This document shows positions 9,126 to 17,789 of a DNA stretch of 37,589 nucleotides, in pieces. How positions within the stretch are numbered: the first letter of the stretch is position 1; every line of letters starts with the position of its first letter. The stretch is from contig JAFGQY010000110.1 of the NCBI GenBank assembly GCA_016935395.1, positions 1 to 37,589 on the forward strand, in the 5' to 3' direction. Origin of the DNA: Parachlamydiales bacterium. Lineage in GTDB: Bacteria; Chlamydiota; Chlamydiia; Chlamydiales; SM23-39. The notes beneath the pieces were generated by a model. That model made no database searches. It worked only from the letters and a program-made list of their open reading frames with translations, and was not told the DNA's origin. The position numbers and the translations under genes were made by a program.

Positions 9126-10399
9126 AAAAAATTATAATACTTGCTTCATTTATATTAATGGCCTGTTCATCAAAATGCATCGATGATGAACTAACATGCC
9201 TTCAAATAGTTGATAGAAATGGCATGTCTGAAACTATAAGTTCTAAAGAGAAGCTTAAAAATTTTTCGAACGTAGACTTTCAAAAACCGCAATCCTATCA
9301 AAGGGTTCTGAGAATCTATCAAAACCGTGAAAAAGGACAAATTGTCTCAAAGCTCACAACCTACTATCCTAATGGTCAGCTTCATAAATCTTTAGAAATT
9401 ATAAACTCCAGAGCTTATGGCAAATATATTGAAAAGCATCCAAATGGGAATTTGAAAATTGAAGCTAATGTAATAGGTGGACCTGCTGATTTTAATGCTC
9501 AGGATGAATGGATATTTGAAGGACCGTCAAAAGTTTTCGATGAAAAAGGAACTTTGATTTCTGAGTTTTATTATGAAAAAGGAATGCTTCAAAAAGAAGC
9601 TAAATATTATCACCCCAAAAACTCGAAGTTAAAAAAAGTAATCCCTTATCTTGATAATGAAATTGATGGAATGGTTTTGGAATATGATATTAATGAACAA
9701 TTAATCAGTAAAGCCAGCTTCAAAAAAGGAATCAATCATGGAACAGCTACTGCTTTTTGGGGAAAAGACAACATTCGATACATTGAAGAATATGAAGAAG
9801 GTAAAATTATTTCAGGACAATATTTTCAAAAGTCCAGAGTTCGAATATGCAAGATTAAAAATGGAGATGGTCAAAAAGCCATTTTTAAAGATGGTCTGTT
9901 ACATCAGCTAGTAGAATACAAAAATGGAAAACCTGAAGGAAAGATTGAAGTTTTTTCCAAAGATTTTGAGCTGGTGAATGAATACTATCAAAAAGATCAA
10001 GTAAAAGACGGTGAAGAAATTGAATACTACACAAAAAAACAAAGAGCTGACCCATCAAAAAACAAAACCCTGCTGCCAAAACTTTTAATTACATGGGATA
10101 ATGGATTAATACAAGGAAATGTTAAAACGTGGTATAAGAATGGGAAGCTTGAAAGTCAAAAAGAGTATTTACAAAACAAAAAAAATGGCCCTCATTTCGC
10201 TTGGTATGAAAATGGATCTGTAATGTTTATAGAAGAATATGAAAACGATTCTTTAATCAAAGGATCCTATTTTCAAATGAGCCAAAAGGAGCCTGCAAGC
10301 ACAATAGTTAATGGATGCGGAATAGCAACTCTTTTTGATTCAAAAGGTAGGTTTATAAAAAAAATAAACTACAAAAATGGAAATCCTTTGAATGAATGA
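9122..10399 (+). CDS. Lipoprotein with MORN-variant repeats (often auto-annotated YwqK-family antitoxin)
   Basis: Lipobox ILMA-C; repeats YYPNGQL, HPNGNLK, WYKNGKL, WYENGSV. Confidence 0.85.
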   Translation: MKKIIILASFILMACSSKCIDDELTCLQIVDRNGMSETISSKEKLKNFSNVDFQKPQSYQRVLRIYQNREKGQIVSKLTTYYPNGQLHKSLEIINSRAYGKYIEKHPNGNLKIEANVIGGPADFNAQDEWIFEGPSKVFDEKGTLISEFYYEKGMLQKEAKYYHPKNSKLKKVIPYLDNEIDGMVLEYDINEQLISKASFKKGINHGTATAFWGKDNIRYIEEYEEGKIISGQYFQKSRVRICKIKNGDGQKAIFKDGLLHQLVEYKNGKPEGKIEVFSKDFELVNEYYQKDQVKDGEEIEYYTKKQRADPSKNKTLLPKLLITWDNGLIQGNVKTWYKNGKLESQKEYLQNKKNGPHFAWYENGSVMFIEEYENDSLIKGSYFQMSQKEPASTIVNGCGIATLFDSKGRFIKKINYKNGNPLNE

Positions 10400-10919
10400 C
10401 AATAAGTCCGATCTTAGAAAAAAGTTTTTAAAGATTAGAAATGGCATATCTTTAACAAGAAGAGCTATAGCTGAAAAAAAGATCAAAAAACTTGCCTCAT
10501 TAAATTTCAAAAATGTTTTATCTTTTGCAAGCAAGGCAAAAGAAATTAATCTTTGGTCTTTAAACAAAAAGCTTGCATCTGAAAAAAGATGTTTTCTCCC
10601 AAAAGTCTTTAAAAATGAGCTTCGCATATATAAAATAGAGAACATTGAAACAGATTTAATAAAAGGAAAATTTCAATTATTAGAACCAAATCCTGCAATC
10701 TGTGAAGAAGTAGATATCGGTATAATATCTTGTGTAATAGTTCCGGGTTTAGTTTTTGACAAAAAAAACAATAGACTTGGATATGGCAGGGGATTTTATG
10801 ACAGATTTTTAACACAGATTGATTGCCCTTTTATCGGTGTCGGTTTTTTAGAACAGTTAACAGAATCAATCCCAATAGAAAAACATGATATTAAAATGAA
10901 TCATGTTTTATTATTTTAA
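10392..10919 (+). CDS. ygfA: 5-formyltetrahydrofolate cyclo-ligase
   Basis: KSDLRK, IVPGLVFD, RLGYGRGFYDRFL, EKHD motifs. Confidence 0.95.
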   Translation: MNDNKSDLRKKFLKIRNGISLTRRAIAEKKIKKLASLNFKNVLSFASKAKEINLWSLNKKLASEKRCFLPKVFKNELRIYKIENIETDLIKGKFQLLEPNPAICEEVDIGIISCVIVPGLVFDKKNNRLGYGRGFYDRFLTQIDCPFIGVGFLEQLTESIPIEKHDIKMNHVLLF

Positions 10920-11339
10920 AAAAAAATCTTCACTTGGCCTGCAGCCATTACAAGACGTGTCATCTTCATCTTCAGAATTTTGTTTTTTTGGTTTTGGTTT
11001 GCAGTAATGAGGCCCTGGGCATTCACTAGCTGATACATTGCTTCCTGCTGCAACATTTGAACACATTGCAAAAAAACCTCCATATTCACATCTCCAAATA
11101 ACCGTATAAGGAGTATAAGAAGAGGTAGCATCGTAATTAATATCTAGTTGAGTTTTAGATGAGTCAGAATCCCAATTGGATTGATCTCCCGGCTGAAAGG
11201 TAGTTTGTCCTAAAACTTTTCCATTTGCAGATTGGACTATGGCAGTCAACTGAAATGGAGTGTCGTTGTATAAATATAAAGAATCAGCATAACTATATCC
11301 GATAAATAAAAATATTGATAAGATAAATAATCTTTTCAC
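10911..11339 (-). CDS. Secreted Cys-containing hypothetical protein
   Basis: Likely GTG start at 11339 (AGGGGGA upstream) rather than 11363; signal peptide MKRLFILSIFLFIGYSYA; six Cys in the C-terminal half. Confidence 0.7.
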   Translation of the reverse strand: MKRLFILSIFLFIGYSYADSLYLYNDTPFQLTAIVQSANGKVLGQTTFQPGDQSNWDSDSSKTQLDINYDATSSYTPYTVIWRCEYGGFFAMCSNVAAGSNVSASECPGPHYCKPKPKKQNSEDEDDTSCNGCRPSEDFFLK

Positions 11340-11581
11340 CTCTATCCCCCTTGCTAATTTCATAAATACCTAACAAGCAATTTTTGATCAAAGAAATATT
11401 AATAAAAAAAACATCGGGTTAATTCAGCTTCATCTTTTTATTCATAAAAAAATATTTTCTTTCTTTTATAAAAAAAAAGATTGAACTTACAAACCGTATA
11501 TATTATATGACAGTTAAAGGAAGAAAAAATATTTAGCTTTTTTATTTTGAAGGCTATTTAGATAAACAAGGGGGGAGAAAA

Positions 11582-12727
11582 ATGTCCCATGCAAAAACAT
11601 TTATTTTATTAGGCATCTTTACAGTTAATTTTTTATTTTCAGAAAACAATAGTAATTGTAACCCAAAGTGCCCTCCCCAAAAATGTGAACCTGCGGTTTG
11701 TAAACCCAAACCAAAATGTCCCCCGGTTAAATGTGAGCCGGTAAAATGCAAAGAAGAAGAAAAACCTGAATGTGAAGTTCCAAAAGCTCCGGATTCTTCA
11801 GCTTATGTAGCTCCCGGAAGAATAAATGTATGCACTACTTGGGATTTTAACTTATCAGCATCATTTATATATTGGGAACCTAGAGAAAAGGGTCTTGAAC
11901 TTGGAATCCCGTTTAATAATACAAACATGGATTTTAACAAGTCAGAACTTCAAAACATGGACTTTACATATAAGATGGGGTTTAAAGCTGCTCTTGGTTT
12001 TAACTTTGAAAATGACAACTGGACATCATTATTTGAATATACCAGATTTCATATGACTCACAATTCTAAATCTACAAGACCCGATTGGGCAGATAGATTT
12101 AATGCCATCTGGTTTTCTAATGCAGAAGATAATACTACCGAAATAAAAGGCAGATGGAAATTAAACTTAGACATTATTGATTTTAGAATAGCAAGACCTT
12201 CTTATTTTGGAGAAAAGTTTATCTTAACTCCATTATTTGGAGGAAAAGGCGGATGGATAGATCAAAATTACAGATCTACTATATTATATAATGGATCTTA
12301 CGTACAAAATAATCTTAAATCTAGATCTTGGCTTATTGGACCTAGAGCGGGTATTGATTCGAAATGGCTTCTAGGCTCTGCATTTAGAATAAATGGTGAT
12401 TTTGCTTTTAGCTTATTTTATCAGTATTTTAGAAGCATTACTATGAAAAGACAAAATATAAATGCTCCCGATTCTTTAGAAGCTAACGTTTTAAATAAAA
12501 AAGGATATGTTAATCCTGCAATTGAAACTGCTGTTGGTCTTGGATGGGGCTCTTACTTCAGTAGAAACAAATATCACTTTGACTTACTGGCAAATTATGA
12601 ATTTCAATTCTATTTCAATCAAAACATGATGAGAAGCCTGAAAGATAATTATGATGCAAAATCTGATTCTAGTCCCGGAGATTTAATGTTTCATGGATTA
12701 ACAGTTACAATGAAATTTGATTTCTAA
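11582..12727 (+). CDS. MOMP-like / Lpg1974-family outer-membrane porin, paralog 1
   Basis: Signal peptide, Cys/Pro arm, YVAPGRINV, GFKAALG, GGKGGWIDQ, SWLIGPRAG, PGDLMFHGL, C-terminal FDF beta-signal. Confidence 0.88.
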   Translation: MSHAKTFILLGIFTVNFLFSENNSNCNPKCPPQKCEPAVCKPKPKCPPVKCEPVKCKEEEKPECEVPKAPDSSAYVAPGRINVCTTWDFNLSASFIYWEPREKGLELGIPFNNTNMDFNKSELQNMDFTYKMGFKAALGFNFENDNWTSLFEYTRFHMTHNSKSTRPDWADRFNAIWFSNAEDNTTEIKGRWKLNLDIIDFRIARPSYFGEKFILTPLFGGKGGWIDQNYRSTILYNGSYVQNNLKSRSWLIGPRAGIDSKWLLGSAFRINGDFAFSLFYQYFRSITMKRQNINAPDSLEANVLNKKGYVNPAIETAVGLGWGSYFSRNKYHFDLLANYEFQFYFNQNMMRSLKDNYDAKSDSSPGDLMFHGLTVTMKFDF

Positions 12728-12745
12728 TAAAGTTTTTTAATATTT

Positions 12746-12779
12746 AACCGAAAAGAGATTCTTACTTTTCGGTTTTTTT
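12746..12779 (+). terminator. Rho-independent terminator after paralog 1
   Basis: AACCGAAAAG / CTTTTCGGTT stem followed by a T-tract. Confidence 0.85.
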
Positions 12780-12792
12780 ATTTTTCAAACAA

Positions 12793-12821
12793 TTTACTAA
12801 AATCTTTCAACGATCTACATT
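12793..12821 (+). promoter_or_regulatory. Putative sigma66/70 promoter for paralog 2
   Basis: TTTACT-N17-TACATT between the terminator and the GGAG RBS; weak evidence in AT-rich DNA. Confidence 0.35.
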
Positions 12822-12855
12822 AGATTTAAAAATATATTTAAATGGAGTTTTTCTA

Positions 12856-13908
12856 ATGAAAAAAATTTTCCTGTTTTTAATCTTCCTTTTTTCTTTTACT
12901 TTACTTATTGCTGAAAATTGCTGTCCACCCACACCTTGCGAGTGTGAACCTGCCCCTTGCTGTGAAATTCCCATGCAACCAACAATAAACGGCTATAATA
13001 CACCTGCAAATATTAATGTTTGCGGTCCTGTCGATGCTTTTATTAGCGCAACTTTACTATGGTGGGAAGCATCTCAAGATCAGATGGAGCTTGGAACTCA
13101 AACTTTTCCGTCTAATGAATACGGCCGTCTTATAAAATGTAACTTTGAATGGAAGCCCGCTTTTAAAGTAGCCCTTGGATATAACATAGACTATGATAAT
13201 TGGGTAACTTTAGTTCAATACACTAGATGGAACGGAACAACTAATACTTCCAAATCACTATCTGAAAACGGAACTTTAAACGATCTTTGGTTTGGGCAAA
13301 CTCTTCCAACTCTTTCAAAAATATCTCAAAAATGGAAATTGGATTTTAATATTTTCGATTTAGAATTTACCCGCCCCTTTTATAATGGAACAAAACTCAC
13401 CCTTTCCCCCCAGATTGGATTAAAAAGCGGATGGATATCTCAAGAAATAGATGAAACTGTAACGTCCTTATCAGATAATAAGTTTCAAATGTCCCTCCAA
13501 TCAAAATCTTGGCTTGTTGGCCCTAAAGTTGGTCTTTACTCAAATTTTCTTGTCGGTAATGGCTTTAGATTTTTTGGAAATTTTGCGGGAAGTCTATTTT
13601 ACCAAAGATTTAATAAGTTAAAATTAACAGAACCTGATGTAACAGATACTTCAACTTTATTTAATGCACTAAAATATTCAAATGGATTTATCAATCCAAG
13701 CTTTGAATGTATAGTAGGAATCGGTTATGGAAAATATTTTGCTAGAAATAATTGGCATTTTGATGTTTTTGCAGGATATGAAACTCAAATTTATTTCTCT
13801 CAAAATATGAACACATTTTTAAATATTACAAAAAATTCTGACAATACAATATCGCCTGGAAATTTGATGTTTCAGGGACTTACTCTATCTATGCAATTTG
13901 ATTTCTAA
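12856..13908 (+). CDS. MOMP-like / Lpg1974-family porin, paralog 2
   Basis: Signal peptide, CCPPTPCECEPAPCC arm, YNTPANINV, shared barrel motifs, C-terminal FDF. Confidence 0.88.
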   Translation: MKKIFLFLIFLFSFTLLIAENCCPPTPCECEPAPCCEIPMQPTINGYNTPANINVCGPVDAFISATLLWWEASQDQMELGTQTFPSNEYGRLIKCNFEWKPAFKVALGYNIDYDNWVTLVQYTRWNGTTNTSKSLSENGTLNDLWFGQTLPTLSKISQKWKLDFNIFDLEFTRPFYNGTKLTLSPQIGLKSGWISQEIDETVTSLSDNKFQMSLQSKSWLVGPKVGLYSNFLVGNGFRFFGNFAGSLFYQRFNKLKLTEPDVTDTSTLFNALKYSNGFINPSFECIVGIGYGKYFARNNWHFDVFAGYETQIYFSQNMNTFLNITKNSDNTISPGNLMFQGLTLSMQFDF

Positions 13909-13928
13909 GCAAAGTATAAAAACCACTT

Positions 13929-13960
13929 AAATCAAACCCGATTTTTCCGGGTTTGATTTT
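13929..13960 (+). terminator. Rho-independent terminator after paralog 2
   Basis: AAATCAAACCCG / CGGGTTTGATTT stem. Confidence 0.75.
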
Positions 13961-13978
13961 GATTCATAAAATATTATT

Positions 13979-14007
13979 ATGTAAAAAAAACTTTAATTGT
14001 TTATATT
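13979..14007 (+). promoter_or_regulatory. Putative sigma66/70 promoter for paralogs 3-4
   Basis: ATGTAA-N17-TATATT; resembles the region upstream of paralog 5. Confidence 0.4.
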
Positions 14008-14047
14008 AAAGAAAAAGATTTTTAAATTAAAAATTCGGAGATTTCTT

Positions 14048-15196
14048 ATGAAAAAATTTTCACTAATGTTAATTGCACTTTTTGCGACAACTTGTGTTTT
14101 CGCAGGAACATATAACAATACAGATAATTCTTATCCTTCAGACAATAATTATCAGGACAATTGTCCACCAGATCCTTGTTGTGAACCTTGTCCTCCAACG
14201 CCCTGCTGCGATATTCCTCAGGCGCCAACTATGCCAGCATATAATGCTCCTGCTAGAATAAATGTTTGCGGATGCTGGGATTTTAATATTGATGCTACAT
14301 TTTTATACTGGCAAGCTAACGAAGAAGGGTTATCATTGGGTTATGATGTAGGAAATACAGAACAAATTACCACTGATTTAGGTGAAAAAGTATACGAGTT
14401 TGACTTTAAGTATAAACCGGCATTCAAAGTCGGAATTGGATATAACATGAATTACGATAACTGGAGTTTGCGCCTTCAATATACTAGATTTTATTCAACT
14501 CAGACAACAAGTACCTCTTTAAGATCAAGTGATTTTACTTTTAGATCCAGATGGCTATCTTCCGCAGTTAACAATTATGAAAAAATGCAAAGTAAATGGA
14601 CACTTGATTTTAATATTTTCGATTTAGATCTTCTTAGAACATATTATAATGGTAAACATTTAATTCTCGAACCCTCCTTTGGTCTTAAAGGTGGATGGAT
14701 AGATCAAAAATATATTCATGAGGTAAGCAATCCCCTTGTAGCTGTAGATGTAAATCCTCTACATGCAGACTTTTTAAGCGATTCTTGGCTTATAGGACCT
14801 AGAGCAGGCTTAAAAACTAAATGGTTTTTGGGCTGTGGCTTTAATGTAATTGGTAATTCTTCTATTAACCTTTTTTACCAAAAATTCAACAAAGTAATTT
14901 TACAGCAACAATCTAATACAAATGCAAATTTATTATCTCAAAACATAAAAACTAATGATCAAAGTAACATTAACTCATCTTTTGAATATTTACTTGGACT
15001 TAGTTATGAAACATATTTTAACAGAAATAATTATCATTTTTTAATTTCAGCCGGATATGAATCTCAAATCTATTTTCGTCAAAATGAGATCAGATCTCAA
15101 TCTGATACTGCAACAAGTACTAATGGAGGAGCTTTTTCTAACCCTGGAGACTTATCTTTCCATGGCTTAAATCTTCAGATAAGATTTGATTTTTAA
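14048..15196 (+). CDS. MOMP-like / Lpg1974-family porin, paralog 3
   Basis: ATG at 14048 after CGGAG RBS (the track extends to TTG 13997); Cys/Pro arm; YNAPARINV; C-terminal FDF. Confidence 0.88.
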   Translation: MKKFSLMLIALFATTCVFAGTYNNTDNSYPSDNNYQDNCPPDPCCEPCPPTPCCDIPQAPTMPAYNAPARINVCGCWDFNIDATFLYWQANEEGLSLGYDVGNTEQITTDLGEKVYEFDFKYKPAFKVGIGYNMNYDNWSLRLQYTRFYSTQTTSTSLRSSDFTFRSRWLSSAVNNYEKMQSKWTLDFNIFDLDLLRTYYNGKHLILEPSFGLKGGWIDQKYIHEVSNPLVAVDVNPLHADFLSDSWLIGPRAGLKTKWFLGCGFNVIGNSSINLFYQKFNKVILQQQSNTNANLLSQNIKTNDQSNINSSFEYLLGLSYETYFNRNNYHFLISAGYESQIYFRQNEIRSQSDTATSTNGGAFSNPGDLSFHGLNLQIRFDF

Positions 15197-15229
15197 TAAT
15201 GATGAATAAAAAAATTAAGGATAATTGAA

Positions 15230-16342
15230 ATGAATATAAATAAAATAAAACTACTTTTAATATCATTAGTTGTTTTTTCAAACGCATTTGCAAAGCAATT
15301 TAGTGATAACAATAACTGTCCACCCTGTTGTGAAATACCTCCCACTCCTCAATCTTCAGCATACAACGCACCTGCGAGAATAAATGTGTGCAATGAATGG
15401 GACGTTTATGCATCTGGAACATTTCTTTGGTGGCAGGCTAATGAAGAGGGTTTAGCTGTAGGTTACTCTAGAGGAGGAACGGGTGTTATCGGTAATAATA
15501 ATGTGATTACATCACGTCCAGATAAAATTTTTGATTTTGATTTTAAATATGAACCTGCCTTTAAGATTGGCCTTGGTTATAATGTGGTTTATGATGATTG
15601 GGATGTTTTTCTGCAATATACAAGATTAAACTTCACAAACACCACTACCGCACAAAAACCTAGTGATGGGGTTTTGATTCCCAGATGGGTTAGAGCAACA
15701 AGTTCAGTTTTTGTCGGTATTTCAGGTTTAGAAAGTAAATGGAAATTAGATTTTAATATTTTTGATTTGGATTTGGGCAGAAGTTATTATGTAGGAAAAA
15801 AATTTACATTAAAAACACTTTATGGCCTAAAAGGCGGTTGGATCAATCAAGCTTATACACAAGTAGCTACCCTTCCCGATTTTTCACTAATTAACAGTAA
15901 TACATCTGTAACAAGGTCTTTGTCAGATTCTTGGTTATTAGGACCTAGAGCTGGATTAAATGGAAAGTGGCATCTTGGATCCGGTTTTAATTTAATCGGG
16001 AATACTGAAATAAGTTTATTCTATCAACAATTCTCTAAATATTCTATGAAAATGCAATCGCCTACAAATCCGAATTTACTTTTTAGAAATAAATCAAACA
16101 AAAATTTCAACGCTGTCAATCCTTCAATCGAATTTCTATTAGGATTTAATTGGGGCTGTTATTTAGATAGAAATAATTGGCATTTTGATATTTTAGTAGC
16201 TTATGAACAACAAACATATTTTTTTCAAAATAAAATGAGATCATATGCGGATACTATATCAGGTGTTAATGGAGGAGAGATTTCTAACCCTGGAGACTTA
16301 TCTTTACATGGATTAAATCTTCAGATAAGATTTGATTTTTAG
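15230..16342 (+). CDS. MOMP-like / Lpg1974-family porin, paralog 4
   Basis: Signal peptide, CPPCC arm, YNAPARINV, shared motifs, C-terminal FDF. Confidence 0.88.
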   Translation: MNINKIKLLLISLVVFSNAFAKQFSDNNNCPPCCEIPPTPQSSAYNAPARINVCNEWDVYASGTFLWWQANEEGLAVGYSRGGTGVIGNNNVITSRPDKIFDFDFKYEPAFKIGLGYNVVYDDWDVFLQYTRLNFTNTTTAQKPSDGVLIPRWVRATSSVFVGISGLESKWKLDFNIFDLDLGRSYYVGKKFTLKTLYGLKGGWINQAYTQVATLPDFSLINSNTSVTRSLSDSWLLGPRAGLNGKWHLGSGFNLIGNTEISLFYQQFSKYSMKMQSPTNPNLLFRNKSNKNFNAVNPSIEFLLGFNWGCYLDRNNWHFDILVAYEQQTYFFQNKMRSYADTISGVNGGEISNPGDLSLHGLNLQIRFDF

Positions 16343-16369
16343 GCTATAGAAATATTCTTACAATATTCC

Positions 16370-16403
16370 AACCGAAAAGAATAAAAATCTTTTCGGTTTT
16401 TTT
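16370..16403 (+). terminator. Rho-independent terminator after paralog 4
   Basis: AACCGAAAAGA / TCTTTTCGGTT stem plus T-tract; same stem as at 12746. Confidence 0.85.
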
Positions 16404-16419
16404 ATTAACTTAATTAGAT

Positions 16420-16448
16420 TTGTAAAAAAAAGCTAAATTATTTAATGT
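16420..16448 (+). promoter_or_regulatory. Putative sigma66/70 promoter for paralog 5
   Basis: TTGTAA-N17-TAATGT. Confidence 0.45.
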
Positions 16449-16490
16449 TAAGTAAAAGACGTTTAATAATTTTCAAGTCGGAGATTGATT

Positions 16491-17627
16491 ATGAAAAAAT
16501 TTTCACTAATGTTAATTGCACTTTTTGCGACAACTTTTGTTTTCGCGGGGTCATATAACAATACAAATGATTCTTGTCCTTCAGACAATAATTATCAGGA
16601 CAATTGTCCACCCAATCCTTGCCCGCCAGAACCCTGCTGCGAGCCTTGTCCTTCAACACCATGTTGCGACGTTCCTCAATCGCCAACCATGCCAGCATAT
16701 AATGCACCTGCAAGCATAAATGTATGCGGAGCTTGGGATTTTTACGTTACAGGAACTTTTCTTTGGTGGGAACCTAAACAAGAAAATATGGAAATTGCTT
16801 TAACAACAAATCAAGGCCAGCCGAATAATCCTGGAGAATTTTTTGGATTAGATTACAAATTTAAAGCAGCATTCAAAGTTAGCTTGGGGTATAACTTTAA
16901 CCACGACGATTGGGGTACAAATCTTCAATACACAAGATTTAACTCAACAATTAATGGCTCAGCTGAAATAGGTAACGCTACAAACATGTGGAACCTTTGG
17001 ATAGTTGATGCAGATGCTTTTACTGACGTACAATCTGTATTAAATGTTGATGCAAAATGGAAAGTTGATCATAATATTTTTGATTTTCAATTAATTCGTC
17101 CTGCATACAATGGAAAAAATTTAACTCTTAAACCACACGCAGGCTTAAAAGGTGGATGGATAGATCAAAAATTAACTAATACAAGCTTAGATAATTTAGG
17201 TGCAGAGACATATTATAGTACTTTCGAATCTAAATCTTGGCTAATTGGTCCAAGAGTTGGTATTGACGGCAATTGGTTTTTAGTTGATAGATTCAGAATC
17301 TTTGCAGATGCTGCATTTAGCTTGTTCTACCAAAAATTTTCTAAAATTCTAGCTAGAACCACCTCTTCAGATCCAACTGACACTACTATTGGATATGGAG
17401 TAGAACACAATCTTTCACAAATCAATTCAAGTACAGAGATACAACTCGGATTAGCTTGGGGAAAATATTTTGATAGAAATAACTGGTATTTTGATATTTC
17501 TGCAGGATATGATGTGCAAATCTATTTTGATCAAAATATTATAAGCGATGCTAGATCGACAGACATAACTAAACCTGGAAATTTAATGTTTCATGGTTTA
17601 AATGCAACCATTCGTTTTGATTTCTAG
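16491..17627 (+). CDS. MOMP-like / Lpg1974-family porin, paralog 5
   Basis: ATG at 16491 after CGGAG; arm with 8 Cys; YNAPASINV; C-terminal FDF. Confidence 0.88.
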   Translation: MKKFSLMLIALFATTFVFAGSYNNTNDSCPSDNNYQDNCPPNPCPPEPCCEPCPSTPCCDVPQSPTMPAYNAPASINVCGAWDFYVTGTFLWWEPKQENMEIALTTNQGQPNNPGEFFGLDYKFKAAFKVSLGYNFNHDDWGTNLQYTRFNSTINGSAEIGNATNMWNLWIVDADAFTDVQSVLNVDAKWKVDHNIFDFQLIRPAYNGKNLTLKPHAGLKGGWIDQKLTNTSLDNLGAETYYSTFESKSWLIGPRVGIDGNWFLVDRFRIFADAAFSLFYQKFSKILARTTSSDPTDTTIGYGVEHNLSQINSSTEIQLGLAWGKYFDRNNWYFDISAGYDVQIYFDQNIISDARSTDITKPGNLMFHGLNATIRFDF

Positions 17628-17652
17628 TAACTAAAAAAATTAACTCAAAACT

Positions 17653-17690
17653 AAAAAAACCAAAAAGAAAAAAATCTTTTTGGTTTTTTT
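17653..17690 (+). terminator. Rho-independent terminator after paralog 5
   Basis: AAAAAAACCAAAAAGA / TCTTTTTGGTTTTTTT stem. Confidence 0.8.
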
Positions 17691-17706
17691 ATTTTTGAAA
17701 TTTGAT

Positions 17707-17736
17707 TTGTCATAAAAATATAAAATTACTTAATAT
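17707..17736 (+). promoter_or_regulatory. Putative sigma66/70 promoter for paralog 6
   Basis: TTGTCA-N18-TAATAT. Confidence 0.45.
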
Positions 17737-17789
17737 CTTAATCAGCTATTTTCCAATAAAAGGAAAAGATAAAACCGGAGATGATAATT

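Noticed and set aside
10984-11716. CKPKPK present both in the secreted protein tail and in the paralog-1 arm
   Set aside because: Six-residue low-complexity match; insufficient for homology.
14046-16719. Pairs of similar small ORFs (14046-14228 / 16489-16713 and 14073-14261 / 16516-16719)
   Set aside because: Alternative frames of the near-identical 5' ends of paralogs 3 and 5; by-products of the duplication, not genes.
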